A DNA stretch of 64,000 nucleotides from positions 9,500-73,499 of the forward strand of contig JAFKGL010000010.1 of assembly GCA_017307065.1 (NCBI GenBank), read 5' to 3'. This document shows positions 48,048 to 57,914 of this stretch, piece after piece (the stretch's first letter is position 1; each line of letters opens with the position of its first letter). The notes beneath the pieces were generated by a model. It was not told the origin of the DNA. It ran no database searches and worked only from the letters and a program-made list of their open reading frames with translations. Origin of the DNA: Candidatus Paracaedimonas acanthamoebae (GTDB taxonomy: Bacteria; Pseudomonadota; Alphaproteobacteria; Caedimonadales; Caedimonadaceae). Made by a program: the position numbers and the translations under genes.

Positions 48048-50054
48048 TTATACATCAATCGAATCGGCAAAAGCTGCATTCGCTTGAATAAAGTTAAAGC
48101 GCTTTTCAGGGCGACGTCCCATTAAAGCATCAACAAAGTCTTCTATCGCCAAAGTGCCATTCTCATCGAAATTTGCTTCAATTTCAGTTTGAGGAAGGTG
48201 AACTTGCAACAAGGTTCTTGTTTTTGGATCTAAAGTTGTTTCTTTAAGTTGCTGCCAGGCCATTTCGCCTAATCCTTTAAAGCGGCTAATCTCAATTTTT
48301 CCGCGGCCCGTAAATTCTTTTTTTAAGAGGTCGTCACGATGAGCATCATCTCGAGCATAGAGACTTTTGGTGCCTTGGATAATGCGAAAAAGCGGTGGTA
48401 ATGCCAGATAAACATGACCTTTTTCAAGGATGGGACGCATTTCTTGAAAGAAAAAAGTTAACAGAAGGGACGCAATATGCGCTCCATCGACATCCGCATC
48501 CGTTAAGATAATTACGCGTCCGTATCGCAATTGAGAAGGATCACAATTCTTGCCTGTACCACACCCTAAAGCTTTTCCTAAATCTTGAATTTCCTGATTT
48601 GCTTTAAGTTTATCAGTTGAGGCACTTGCTACGTTAAGAATTTTTCCGCGTAAGGGTAGAACCGCTTGATTTTTTCGGTTTCTCCCTTGCTTTGCTGGGC
48701 CTCCCGCGGAATCTCCTTCGACGAGGAAAATTTCTGTCTCATGCGGATTTTCAGAAATACAGTCAGCAAGTTTTCCAGGAAGACGTAACCTTCGGGTTGG
48801 CGTTTGGCGAAGGGTCTCTTTTGCTTCTTTACGTCTCAACCGTTCATCAACCCGTTCAATAATATGATTGAGAAGAGCTTCTGCCACATCTCGTTGACCT
48901 GATAGCCAATGATCTAAGTGGTCTTTAATAACTGTTTCAATGCCACGTGTAATTTCATTGTTGACAAGTTTTTCTTTTGTTTGTCCTTGAAATTGAGGAT
49001 TTCGAATGAACGCAGAGAGAAGAATGGCTGCCCCAGAGATGCAGTCTTCGGCTGTGATTTGAGAAACTTTACGGTTGCCAAGACGTTCGCCAAAACCTCG
49101 AATCCCTTTTATTAAAGCTTGGCGTAGACCTGTTTCATGAGTCCCTCCTAAGGGCGTGGGGACCGTATTACAATATGAATGAGAGAACCCTTCATTTTCA
49201 AGAGGCCAAGTTATTACCCATTCGACTCGACCTAAGTTATCTGGAAGTTCCGCTTCACCACTGAAAGGTTCAGGGCAGACAAGAGGGCTCTCTTTTAGGG
49301 TTTCGAGTAAGTAATCTTTGAGTCCTCCGGGGAAATGAAAAATGTCTTTAGGTGGAAGGTTATCTTCTGGCTTAAGCAAGGAGGCATCACATATCCAATG
49401 AATCTCAATTCCTTTAAAAAGATAGGCTTTTGAGCGGATCATCCGATAGACAAGAGGCGGTTTGAAATGAGCATGGGCCCCAAAGATTTCCGGATCTGGA
49501 TGGAATCGAAGCGTTGTTCCTCGACGATTACTCATAGGCCCTTTATTTGTTAAAGGAGAGGTTACATGGCCGCGACTGTAATCTTGAGACCACAATTGTT
49601 TTTGGGAAACAATTTCCACTGTTAATTGATCGGAAAGGGCATTTACAACAGAAAGCCCGACACCATGGAGTCCACCAGAAGTTTCGTACGCATCTCCGCC
49701 GAATTTTCCACCTGAATGCAGAGTGGTCAGAATGACTTCTAAAGCCGATTGATTGGGAAATTTAGGATGCGGATCAATAGGAATGCCTCGACCATTGTCG
49801 CGAACAGTGACAAAGCCATCTGCAGACAATTCAACTTCAATTCTAGAAGCATGTCCTGCAACAGCCTCATCCATGGCGTTATCAACAACTTCAGCGATGA
49901 GATGGTGTAAGGCTCGCTCGTCAGTACCCCCAATATACATCCCTGGGCGGCGGCGAACAGGTTCTAAACCTTCTAAAACTTCTATATCTTTGGCACTATA
50001 GTCTGTTTTCGTTGTTTTGCGTGGCGCTTGAAAAAGATCAACCATGGCTTTCAT
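48048..50054 (-). CDS. parE: DNA topoisomerase IV subunit B
   Basis: GHKL ATPase (EVVDNAMDE, GLHGVG), Toprim (LVEGDSAGG, PLRGKILNV, LTDADVDGAHI). At 668 aa it lacks the large insertion typical of proteobacterial GyrB. Confidence 0.85.
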   Translation of the reverse strand: MKAMVDLFQAPRKTTKTDYSAKDIEVLEGLEPVRRRPGMYIGGTDERALHHLIAEVVDNAMDEAVAGHASRIEVELSADGFVTVRDNGRGIPIDPHPKFPNQSALEVILTTLHSGGKFGGDAYETSGGLHGVGLSVVNALSDQLTVEIVSQKQLWSQDYSRGHVTSPLTNKGPMSNRRGTTLRFHPDPEIFGAHAHFKPPLVYRMIRSKAYLFKGIEIHWICDASLLKPEDNLPPKDIFHFPGGLKDYLLETLKESPLVCPEPFSGEAELPDNLGRVEWVITWPLENEGFSHSYCNTVPTPLGGTHETGLRQALIKGIRGFGERLGNRKVSQITAEDCISGAAILLSAFIRNPQFQGQTKEKLVNNEITRGIETVIKDHLDHWLSGQRDVAEALLNHIIERVDERLRRKEAKETLRQTPTRRLRLPGKLADCISENPHETEIFLVEGDSAGGPAKQGRNRKNQAVLPLRGKILNVASASTDKLKANQEIQDLGKALGCGTGKNCDPSQLRYGRVIILTDADVDGAHIASLLLTFFFQEMRPILEKGHVYLALPPLFRIIQGTKSLYARDDAHRDDLLKKEFTGRGKIEISRFKGLGEMAWQQLKETTLDPKTRTLLQVHLPQTEIEANFDENGTLAIEDFVDALMGRRPEKRFNFIQANAAFADSIDV

Positions 50055-50106
50055 ACTTCATAAAAATTGTTTATAATTCATTATTATTTTTTGGAGTTAA
50101 ATAATA

Positions 50107-50310
50107 ATGCATTCCTTTCTCTCTTATTTAACCATTGCCGCGCTGATTGCAACTTTTATTGTTTTAATTGCCGGGCTCTCAACTTTATTTTTGCAAGATA
50201 AAAGTGCGTCTTCAAAAAGTAACAAGTTTATGCGCTGGAGAATCTTTTTGCAATTTGCGGCCTTATGCTTATTTGCCTTACTTCTTTTGTTTCAGAAAAA
50301 GAGCGGATAA
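50107..50310 (+). CDS. Twin transmembrane helix small protein (HIG1 domain)
   Basis: 67 aa with two TM helices joined by a KFMRWRI loop, the pattern of alphaproteobacterial HIG1-type proteins. Confidence 0.72.
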   Translation: MHSFLSYLTIAALIATFIVLIAGLSTLFLQDKSASSKSNKFMRWRIFLQFAALCLFALLLLFQKKSG

Positions 50311-50870
50311 TGGTCAAATTAACTAAAATATATACAAAAACAGGTGATTTGGGAAGCACAGGCTTAGGAGATGGTTCTCGTCGACAAAAATATGATATCA
50401 GAATCGAAGCTATTGGGGCTGTTGATGAGGCAAATGCAGCAATAGGGATGGCTCGACTCCATACGCAAGGCAATGATGATCGTCTATTAGCTCATATTCA
50501 AAATGATCTCTTTGATTTAGGGGCTGATTTATGTTTACCACACGATCGACGATCAAAACCTACTTTAAGAATTACGGATAAACAAATCGAACGCCTTGAG
50601 GGTGAAATTGATCATATGAATGAAGTTTTAAAGCCTTTAAATTCATTTGTATTACCGGGAGGAAGCTCTGCAAGTGCTACATTGCATGTAGCTCGAACAA
50701 TTGTTCGACGAGCTGAAAGAATAATCTATGCCTTAGGAGAGAAGGAAGATCTTAATCCAAAAATTGGGATATATCTTAATCGTCTGTCTGATCATTTATT
50801 CGTTTTAGCGCGTATTTTGAATGATCAAGGGAATGCTGATGTTTTGTGGCATCCTGGTGAAAATAGATAA
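50310..50870 (+). CDS. PduO-type ATP:cob(I)alamin adenosyltransferase
   Basis: MVKLTKIYTKTGDLGSTGL...DIRIEAIGAVDEANAAIG...FVLPGGS. The ATG overlaps the preceding TAA by 1 nt. Confidence 0.87.
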   Translation: MVKLTKIYTKTGDLGSTGLGDGSRRQKYDIRIEAIGAVDEANAAIGMARLHTQGNDDRLLAHIQNDLFDLGADLCLPHDRRSKPTLRITDKQIERLEGEIDHMNEVLKPLNSFVLPGGSSASATLHVARTIVRRAERIIYALGEKEDLNPKIGIYLNRLSDHLFVLARILNDQGNADVLWHPGENR

Positions 50871-50897
50871 TCTTCACCTATAGTATAAAGAATCACG

Positions 50898-51443
50898 TTA
50901 TATTCTTGTCGACAGCCAAATAGCCACTCTAGTGATCGTTTTAATACTATGGCGTAAGACCGTAAAACCGGGTGCATCCGCAGCACCGGCTTCTAAACTT
51001 TGATCTTTATGGGAAATTTCATCTTCTCGGAAACGTTTAATTGTGATCGAAAGCTCGGGTTCTAAGTTTTTCTTCTCAAGTTCTTCTACTTGTGTTGCAT
51101 AATGCTGATCAATAACTTCTTCGACAGCGACGGTGCAAGCCATGGCGGCTTTTACGCCTAATTTTGCTGTTAAGGCTCCTAAAGCATAGCCCCCAAGATG
51201 CCATAAAGGTGTAAAAAAAGTTGGTTTTATCTTTCGCTCAGTCAGGAGTTGATTGAATGTCTCAAGATGTTCTTGTTCTTGGTCTTTCATGATTTGAATG
51301 AGAGAAGAAGAAGGATGATTTTTTAAAACATCAAGTTGGCCTTGATAAATACGCAAAGCCCCATATTCACCGGCTTGATTCACGCGAATCATCTGTTTAA
51401 TACGTTCTTGTGAAGTTTGCATGCCAGGGAGGAGACGTTTCAT
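50898..51443 (-). CDS. coq7: Demethoxyubiquinone hydroxylase (Coq7 family di-iron protein)
   Basis: RVNQAGEYGALRIYQGQ, EQEHLETF and EDEISH di-iron ligand motifs. The ATG at 51443 overlaps the dsbB-like stop (ATGA). Confidence 0.85.
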   Translation of the reverse strand: MKRLLPGMQTSQERIKQMIRVNQAGEYGALRIYQGQLDVLKNHPSSSLIQIMKDQEQEHLETFNQLLTERKIKPTFFTPLWHLGGYALGALTAKLGVKAAMACTVAVEEVIDQHYATQVEELEKKNLEPELSITIKRFREDEISHKDQSLEAGAADAPGFTVLRHSIKTITRVAIWLSTRI

Positions 51444-51946
51444 TGAGATTCTTTCTTCTTTTTGTGTCTTCTCAAAAAGTGAAAGGTGAATATTCCTAAA
51501 CCAAGACAATATAAGGCGTTATATCCAGCCATGGAAATTCCAAAGAGAGACCATTGAACCTGATCGCAACGAACAGTTTCAGTATTTAAGAGCTGTTCTC
51601 TCATTTCTTCAATAGAATTGCCGGAGAGTTTTTTATGTTGGCATTGAGAGGGGGGATCTACCCATTGGTGTTCGACGGCAACGTGATAAAAAGCAATATT
51701 CGCATTGAGTATATATAAAAGAGCGAGCAGGAAACATACTTTTCGAGAGGAATTTTTCAAAAAAGGCAAAAATATTGAAAGACATCCGATAATAAGAATA
51801 GCCAGAAAAATATATTGCTGAAAGAGGCATAATGAGCAGGGGCGTAATTTAAAAAAATACTCAGCGACAAATCCACTTGATAAGGCAAGAAAGGCAGTAA
51901 GAGTTAAAAAAAGAGGGAGCCAAGAAAGACAATTTATTTTTCGCAT
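51440..51946 (-). CDS. Disulfide bond formation protein B family protein
   Basis: Four TM helices, first-loop CxxC (PCSLCLFQQY) and second-loop cysteines (QCQHK...VRCDQVQW). Confidence 0.75.
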   Translation of the reverse strand: MRKINCLSWLPLFLTLTAFLALSSGFVAEYFFKLRPCSLCLFQQYIFLAILIIGCLSIFLPFLKNSSRKVCFLLALLYILNANIAFYHVAVEHQWVDPPSQCQHKKLSGNSIEEMREQLLNTETVRCDQVQWSLFGISMAGYNALYCLGLGIFTFHFLRRHKKKKESQ

Positions 51947-51981
51947 GAGATACTTATTGATTTATAAAGATGTTATTCTAT

Positions 51982-52563
51982 TTACCATAAATACTTAATC
52001 GCTAAAAATCCAAGAATTAAAATGCTAAAGCCCCCAATTGTTACTAGCAGAAGATTTTTTTCAATATAGTTCTTGATGTGGGGGCCAAAATGCCACAATA
52101 GAAGGGCAAGTGAAAAAAAACGAAATCCTCGTGCCACAATCGAGGCTAAAATAAAGGTGCCTAAATTAAGTTCAGCAACTCCACTTGTAATCGTCACTAT
52201 TTTATAAGGAATTGGGGTTAGGCCTTTTAGAGCAACGATCCAAAAGCCCCACTTTTGAAAACTATGTTGTAATTGAACGAAGCTTTCTTGAAGGCCATAA
52301 GCATCAACAATCCAAGCCCCAAATGTCTCGAACAAACCATATCCTATGTAATAACCGAGAATGCCACCAATTACAGAGCTTAAGGTGCAGATAGTGGCTA
52401 ACGACCATGCTTTTTCACGATTTCCCAAAATCATGGCCATGTAAAGAGGATCAGGTGGAATGGGGAAAAAAGAACTCTCAGCAAAAGATACGATCGCTAA
52501 TACCCATAAAGCATGGCGATGACCAGCAAAACTCATGATCCAGTAATAGAGTTTATGAAGCAT
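51982..52563 (-). CDS. DedA/YqaA-family (VTT domain) membrane protein
   Basis: SFAESSFFPIPPDPLYMAMIL motif and multi-TM topology. The ORF is open to 52641, so the start is uncertain (52563, 52602 or 52641). Confidence 0.68.
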   Translation of the reverse strand: MLHKLYYWIMSFAGHRHALWVLAIVSFAESSFFPIPPDPLYMAMILGNREKAWSLATICTLSSVIGGILGYYIGYGLFETFGAWIVDAYGLQESFVQLQHSFQKWGFWIVALKGLTPIPYKIVTITSGVAELNLGTFILASIVARGFRFFSLALLLWHFGPHIKNYIEKNLLLVTIGGFSILILGFLAIKYLW

Positions 52564-52681
52564 TAGCAACCTGAAAAAGTAGTTTAAAGTCTTGCTTAGC
52601 ATCGTTAAGGAAGGGGTGCAATAAGATTTGAAAAAGAGCATGTAAAAATTACATTAACAAAAAAATCGCTTAAACTAGGTA

Positions 52682-52709
52682 TTGACCTATCGTGAGACTT
52701 GGTTATGAT
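52682..52709 (+). promoter_or_regulatory. Candidate sigma70-type promoter for tRNA-Leu(CAA)
   Basis: TTGACC, 16-nt spacer, TATGAT, ending 9 nt before the tRNA 5' end. Confidence 0.55.
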
Positions 52710-52718
52710 GCGAGCCAT

Positions 52719-52805
52719 GCCCCTGTGGTGGAATTGGTAGACGCGGCAGACTCAAAATCTGCTTTCCGCAAGGAAGTGGGAGTTCGAGTCTCCCCGGGGG
52801 CACCA
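52719..52805 (+). tRNA. tRNA-Leu (anticodon CAA), CCA encoded
   Basis: Acceptor gcccctg/cgggggc (one G-U pair), anticodon arm gcaga-ctCAAaa-tctgc, long variable arm, T-arm gggag-ttcgagt-ctccc, A plus CCA. Confidence 0.93.
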
Positions 52806-52839
52806 TCTATTTAACTTATTTTTTCTTTAAGGCCTCATA

Positions 52840-53436
52840 ATGGCAAGGAAATTCACAGAATCTCAACTTGTTATCGCAAGTCATAATCAAGGAAAGATTG
52901 AGGAGATTACTCAGTTATTCTCTCCTTTTAATATAAAATTGTCCTCTTCTGCAGCCTTAGGGTTGGTTGAACCGGAAGAAACCGGCGGAACTTATCTCAA
53001 AAATGCTCTTTTAAAAGCTAGAGCATGTGTGACTGAAACGGGTTTACCTGCCTTGAGTGATGATTCTGGTTTGGAAGTAGAAGCTTTAGATGGCAATCCT
53101 GGGGTTGATACGGCACCTTATGCAAAAGCATTGGGAGGCTATGATAAGGTGTTTGACCTATGGGCCAACCATCCTGAAATACAAAAAAATGTGAAAGCTT
53201 CTTTTTATTGTGTCCAAGTACTTTTGTGGCCAGATGGACATCAAGAAGTGTTTGAAGGAAGAGTGAGAGGAAGATTAACTTTTCCGCCGCGAGGGATTCA
53301 TGGACATGGTTATGATCCGATTTTTATTCCTGAAGGATGTAACCAAACAGTTGCTGAAATGCCGTTAATAGAGAAAAATAAAGTGAGTCATCGTTTTCTT
53401 GCGCTTCAGCAGCTGATAGAGTCTTGTTTTAAATGA
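52840..53436 (+). CDS. rdgB: Non-canonical purine NTP pyrophosphatase (RdgB/HAM1 family)
   Basis: ASHNQGKIEE, EETGGTYLKNALLKA, DDSGLEV, GYDPIF and SHR motifs. Confidence 0.9.
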   Translation: MARKFTESQLVIASHNQGKIEEITQLFSPFNIKLSSSAALGLVEPEETGGTYLKNALLKARACVTETGLPALSDDSGLEVEALDGNPGVDTAPYAKALGGYDKVFDLWANHPEIQKNVKASFYCVQVLLWPDGHQEVFEGRVRGRLTFPPRGIHGHGYDPIFIPEGCNQTVAEMPLIEKNKVSHRFLALQQLIESCFK

Positions 53437-54605
53437 CACAAGCTCTTGCGCTTTATATTCACTGGCCTTTCTGTCTTTCAAAATGTCCTTATTGTGATTT
53501 TAATAGTCATGTCCGCGAAAAAATCAATGAATCCTTGTGGCAAGAAACTCTCTTAAAAGAGCTTAATTATTTTGGAAATTTAACCAAAGGCCGGTTGCTT
53601 AAGAGTGTTTTTTTTGGTGGGGGAACCCCTTCTTTGATGGCTCCTAAAACGGTCGCAAGTTTGTTGGAGAAGCTCTCTGATTATTGGCAGTTGCAAGACG
53701 ACCTTGAAATCACGCTTGAAGCAAATCCAACTTCAATTGAAGCCAATAAGTTTCGAGAGTTTAAAAATGCAGGGATTAATCGAGTTTCTGTCGGTATTCA
53801 GGCTCTTAGAGATCAGGATTTAAAATTCTTGGGTCGGACGCATGGTCGTGACGATGCTTTAAAGGCTTTGACGATTGCAAGAAATAACTTTGAGAGATTT
53901 TCTTTTGATTTGATCTATGCTCGTCCTCAACAAACTGTAAAACAATGGCAAGAAGAGTTGAAAGAGGCTTTGGCCTTAGCGCAAGGGCATTTGTCTCTTT
54001 ATCAGCTGACAATTGAACAAGGAACGGCTTTTTATACAGCTCACCAACGTAAAGATTTTACAGTTCCGGACGATTATTTAGCGGCAGATCTCTATGAAGC
54101 AACACAAGAAATGATGGAAAAAGCGGGATTGCCAGCATATGAAATTTCGAATCATGCAAGTCCAGGGCAAGAATCACGTCATAATCTTGTTTATTGGCAA
54201 GGGCAAGATTATGTAGGTGTTGGCCCTGGGGCTCATGGACGTTTAACTTTTGATAATGAGAAGTTTTCTTTTAAAGAAACTCGTGCCCCTGAGGTATGGA
54301 TAAAAGCTGTTGTCGAAAAGGGGCATGGTATCGATGAAAAAGTTAAGCTTTCGGTTGAAGATATTTTTACCGAACGTCTCATGATGGGACTTAGGTTGCG
54401 AGAAGGAATCCCTCGGAAAGATCTTGAGGATCTTTCAGGTGGAAGAGAATTCGAGACATTATTCCAAAATTCTGCCCTTGAAATTTTAAGGGCAGAAAAC
54501 CTTATAAAATGGAATGAAGATAATTTCAAATTAACTGCAGAGGGTTTGCAAAAGTTAAATGGGGTTTTAACATTTTTGTTAAGAAATTTAGCCCCTATAT
54601 TTTAA
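53433..54605 (+). CDS. hemW: Radical SAM family heme chaperone HemW (coproporphyrinogen III oxidase-like)
   Basis: ATGA overlap with rdgB. CxxxCxxC cluster motif (CLSKCPYCDF), GGGTPS, HemN_C-like tail. Confidence 0.9.
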   Translation: MTQALALYIHWPFCLSKCPYCDFNSHVREKINESLWQETLLKELNYFGNLTKGRLLKSVFFGGGTPSLMAPKTVASLLEKLSDYWQLQDDLEITLEANPTSIEANKFREFKNAGINRVSVGIQALRDQDLKFLGRTHGRDDALKALTIARNNFERFSFDLIYARPQQTVKQWQEELKEALALAQGHLSLYQLTIEQGTAFYTAHQRKDFTVPDDYLAADLYEATQEMMEKAGLPAYEISNHASPGQESRHNLVYWQGQDYVGVGPGAHGRLTFDNEKFSFKETRAPEVWIKAVVEKGHGIDEKVKLSVEDIFTERLMMGLRLREGIPRKDLEDLSGGREFETLFQNSALEILRAENLIKWNEDNFKLTAEGLQKLNGVLTFLLRNLAPIF

Positions 54606-55282
54606 ATCATTCGTTCGTTTCTCAAAGAACGACATTGTCCTTTTCCAACAATAATATGATCAAATACTTTAATGCCAAGTCGTTCTGATGCTTCTCGAAT
54701 ACGAAAGGTTGCTTCAATGTCTGCATTTGAAGGTGTTGGATCTCCACTTGGATGATTATGCACTAAAATCAGTCCGGAGGCGCCTAATTCAAGAGCTCTT
54801 TTAACAATCTCACGTGTATAGATAGTTGCTTGATCCACAGTTCCATTTTGCTGAACCTCATCGGCAATTAGATTGTTTTGGCGATCGAGGAAAAGTAATC
54901 TTAGTTGTTCATACTTAAGATCCCTCATCATTATTTCACAATAATTTACAATTTGCGGCCAAGATTTTAAAATAGGACGTTGCAAGATCTCAGCCTTAAG
55001 GCATCTTTCTACAGAGACGTGAACAGATTTAAGAGCTGCTACGACAGCATTCCCAACCCCTTTTACTTTCAAAAGATCCTGAATATCAGCGCTTAAGACT
55101 TGAGGAAACGTTTTAAAGGTTCCCAAAAGCTCTTTCGCGAGAGGTTTGACATCACCACGAGAATGAGCCGCGTATAGAATGAGCTCTAAAAGTTCATAAT
55201 CAGCAAGAGCATCTCCTCCTGCTTTAAGGAATCGTTCTCGAAGGCGCGCGCGATGACCTTCGTAATGCTCTTTGAGTGCCAA
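54602..55282 (-). CDS. radC: RadC-family JAB/MPN domain protein
   Basis: N-terminal HhH region and C-terminal JAMM motif (LVHNHPSGDPTPSNAD). The stop overlaps the hemW stop. Confidence 0.88.
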   Translation of the reverse strand: MALKEHYEGHRARLRERFLKAGGDALADYELLELILYAAHSRGDVKPLAKELLGTFKTFPQVLSADIQDLLKVKGVGNAVVAALKSVHVSVERCLKAEILQRPILKSWPQIVNYCEIMMRDLKYEQLRLLFLDRQNNLIADEVQQNGTVDQATIYTREIVKRALELGASGLILVHNHPSGDPTPSNADIEATFRIREASERLGIKVFDHIIVGKGQCRSLRNERMI

Positions 55283-55356
55283 GAAGTCCTCCTTTTTATT
55301 TTTTTCCTTGTTTTATCTTAACCAAAAAAGCGACAATCGAAAATATAAAGCTAAAA

Positions 55357-57039
55357 ATGGCATTTAAAAATCAAAAGGTGGGGGCCTTGAATCAAAACAC
55401 AGGAAAAATGATTCAGAGTTATTTAAATCCTAAAGGATTAAAAAAACTCATGGCTTTAAGCTTTATTTTTGGCCTGTTAATGATGAGCAATCTTCTTGTC
55501 TATACGATGGGAGGTACAAAATTTGCTTATGTTCATGGATTTTATATTCCTATTATCTTATCTGGGATTATTTTCTCAGCGCGTGGCGGAATTATTACAG
55601 CTTTCCTTGCTTCCTTATTAGCGGGTCCCAGTATGCCTTTTGACGTTGCATTGGAGATAGCTCAACCATCCCAATCTTGGCTATTAAGGAGTCTCTTTTT
55701 TTTCTTAGTCGGAGGGCTTTCTGGCATTGGGGCTAAAATAGTTAAGACTTATTTACAAGACCTTGAAAAGCGCTTGATCACAGATTCTGTTACGCAGTTA
55801 TTGAATAGTCGCGGGTTAATAGAAGAATGGCAGCAAAATTTTATACATAAACAAGATATTAAATCTTCTTTAGTGATTATGCGCATTCATGAGCTTGCGT
55901 CCTTGGAAGCTATTCTAAAACCAGATGAAATGGATCAGTTATTTAAGAATATCTCACAATCTCTTAAAAACATTGTTAAAGATCTAGGAATTATTGCAAC
56001 TTTAGAGACAGGGACTTTTGCTCTTTTACTTCAAGACACAAAAAAAACAAAAGAAACAATTGCAAAATGTCGACATAAACTCGGAAATGTTTTCACAATT
56101 AATGACATTCCGGTTTTTGTAAATATTTTTTATGGGATTGCAGAAATTCAAAATCCCAAAGAACCTTTTATTGACTTTCTGTATCGGGGACGTATTGCGG
56201 CTGAAAAAGCAATTCGAAATAATTCTGAAATAGCGTCTTTTGAAAATGAAGACGAAACACAACTTTTAAGGAATGCTAAAATTATTCACGATTTAAGTTC
56301 TGCGATTTCTTTAGGTGAATTGGAGCTTTTTTATCAACCACAAATTAATCTTGGAACTGGTCAAGTTGAAAGACTTGAGGCACTTGTTCGGTGGCACCAT
56401 CCGGAATTAGGCATGATTTCTCCTGCAGAATTTATTCCTCTTGCTGAAGGAACTCTCTTAATTAATCCTTTCACTAAGTGGTTATTGGATCAAACGATTT
56501 CGCAGTTGGCTTTTTGGTTGAGAGAAAGTTTTGATGTATGTTTGTCGATCAATTTTTCAATGAAAAATTTTCAAGATTCAATGATGATTGATCATATTCA
56601 TGAAACGCTTCGGAAATATAAAATTCCTGCACAAAACCTTGAAATTGAAATTACAGAAACGGCATTTACAGATAATCTTCAACACGTTGCAAAAGTTCTT
56701 CATACGTTGCGGGAAATAGGTGTTCGAATAGCAATTGATGATTTTGGGACAGGGCAATCTTCGCTTCATTATCTTTTAGAATTACCCTTTGATGTCTTAA
56801 AGATAGATCAAGTTTTTACGCGGAATATGCTTAAGAATTTGGGTGCTGAAGCCATTGTACGGAATGCGATTCTACTAGGTCATGAACTTAATCTTGAAGT
56901 CGTTGCAGAAGGGGTACAAAGCGAAGCTGAGTTTAGAAAATTAAAAGATTTGAAATGTGATTATGGACAAGGCTTTTATTTCGCCCGGCCCATGGCGGCT
57001 GATTCTATCATGCCTTGGTTATTAAAAAAATTGACGTAA
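55357..57039 (+). CDS. Membrane-anchored c-di-GMP phosphodiesterase (degenerate GGDEF + EAL domains)
   Basis: N-terminal TM helices. GGDEF-domain start DSVTQLLNSRG, but the signature is replaced by ETGTF. EAL motifs are intact (ERLEALVRW, DDFGTG, KIDQ, QGFYFARP). ATG at 55357 preferred over the track start at 55276, which overlaps radC. Confidence 0.83.
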   Translation: MAFKNQKVGALNQNTGKMIQSYLNPKGLKKLMALSFIFGLLMMSNLLVYTMGGTKFAYVHGFYIPIILSGIIFSARGGIITAFLASLLAGPSMPFDVALEIAQPSQSWLLRSLFFFLVGGLSGIGAKIVKTYLQDLEKRLITDSVTQLLNSRGLIEEWQQNFIHKQDIKSSLVIMRIHELASLEAILKPDEMDQLFKNISQSLKNIVKDLGIIATLETGTFALLLQDTKKTKETIAKCRHKLGNVFTINDIPVFVNIFYGIAEIQNPKEPFIDFLYRGRIAAEKAIRNNSEIASFENEDETQLLRNAKIIHDLSSAISLGELELFYQPQINLGTGQVERLEALVRWHHPELGMISPAEFIPLAEGTLLINPFTKWLLDQTISQLAFWLRESFDVCLSINFSMKNFQDSMMIDHIHETLRKYKIPAQNLEIEITETAFTDNLQHVAKVLHTLREIGVRIAIDDFGTGQSSLHYLLELPFDVLKIDQVFTRNMLKNLGAEAIVRNAILLGHELNLEVVAEGVQSEAEFRKLKDLKCDYGQGFYFARPMAADSIMPWLLKKLT

Positions 57040-57143
57040 TCTAGGGAATTACTTGTATTTCTGCTATAAATTTTTAAAGAGTTGGGTATACTAAGCAACA
57101 TAAAATATAAAGGAGCATAACAATTCGAGTCTTAGGTTTTTTC

Positions 57144-57890
57144 ATGAGTTTGTTTATCTCATGTAGATTATTTGCTAAATCCCCTCTTCCATGGCAAATA
57201 AATTTACAAGAAGCTGCGACGCCTGTAGCTCAACAGATTCATAGTCTTCATAATACATTGTTAATCGTTATTGCATGTATTGCCTTGGCCGTTGTTTTTC
57301 TCTTACTTTATGTCGTATTGAAGTTTCGCGCTAAAAAAAATCCAATTCCTTCCAAAACAACTCATAACCCTATTTTGGAAGTTGTATGGACTTTGGTCCC
57401 TGCTGCTATTCTTTTAGGAATTGCTTTCCCTTCATTTAAGTTACTTTATTTTATGGATAGAACTCATGAACCTGAAATGACTCTCAAGGTTACAGGACAT
57501 CAGTGGTATTGGAGTTATGAATACCCAGAAGCAAAAATCTCTTTTGATAGCTATATGATTCAAGATGCAGACTTAAAGCCTGGGCAACAAAGACTACTTG
57601 AAGTCGACCATGAAATTGTTGTTCCAATTGAAACAAATATTCGTATTCTGGTGACATCTGCAGATGTTCTTCATAGCTGGGCGATGCCGGCTTTAGGAAT
57701 CAAGCAGGATACTATTCCTGGTCGACTAAGAGAAACTTGGATGCGTATTGTAAAAAGCGGGACTTATTATGGCCAATGTTCTGAACTTTGCGGTGTTAAT
57801 CACGCCTTTATGCCAATTAAGATTAGGGCGGTTTCTAAGCAAGAATATGAACAGTGGCTGCGCGAAGCAAAACAAAAATTTACAGCCTAA
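57144..57890 (+). CDS. coxB: Cytochrome c oxidase subunit II
   Basis: Two TM helices, a cupredoxin domain and the CuA site HSWAMP...CSELCGVNHAFM. Confidence 0.93.
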   Translation: MSLFISCRLFAKSPLPWQINLQEAATPVAQQIHSLHNTLLIVIACIALAVVFLLLYVVLKFRAKKNPIPSKTTHNPILEVVWTLVPAAILLGIAFPSFKLLYFMDRTHEPEMTLKVTGHQWYWSYEYPEAKISFDSYMIQDADLKPGQQRLLEVDHEIVVPIETNIRILVTSADVLHSWAMPALGIKQDTIPGRLRETWMRIVKSGTYYGQCSELCGVNHAFMPIKIRAVSKQEYEQWLREAKQKFTA

Positions 57891-57914
57891 ATACAAAGAG
57901 TAAGGTGATACATT

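Noticed and set aside
48048-50054. Calling this type IIA topoisomerase B subunit gyrB.
   Set aside because: Its 668-aa length, without the ~170-aa insertion of proteobacterial GyrB, fits ParE better. A phylogeny would be needed for certainty.
55276-55356. Track start of the EAL protein overlapping the radC start.
   Set aside because: It is a non-ATG start with a Pro/Phe-rich, implausible N-terminus. The ATG at 55357 precedes the TM region.
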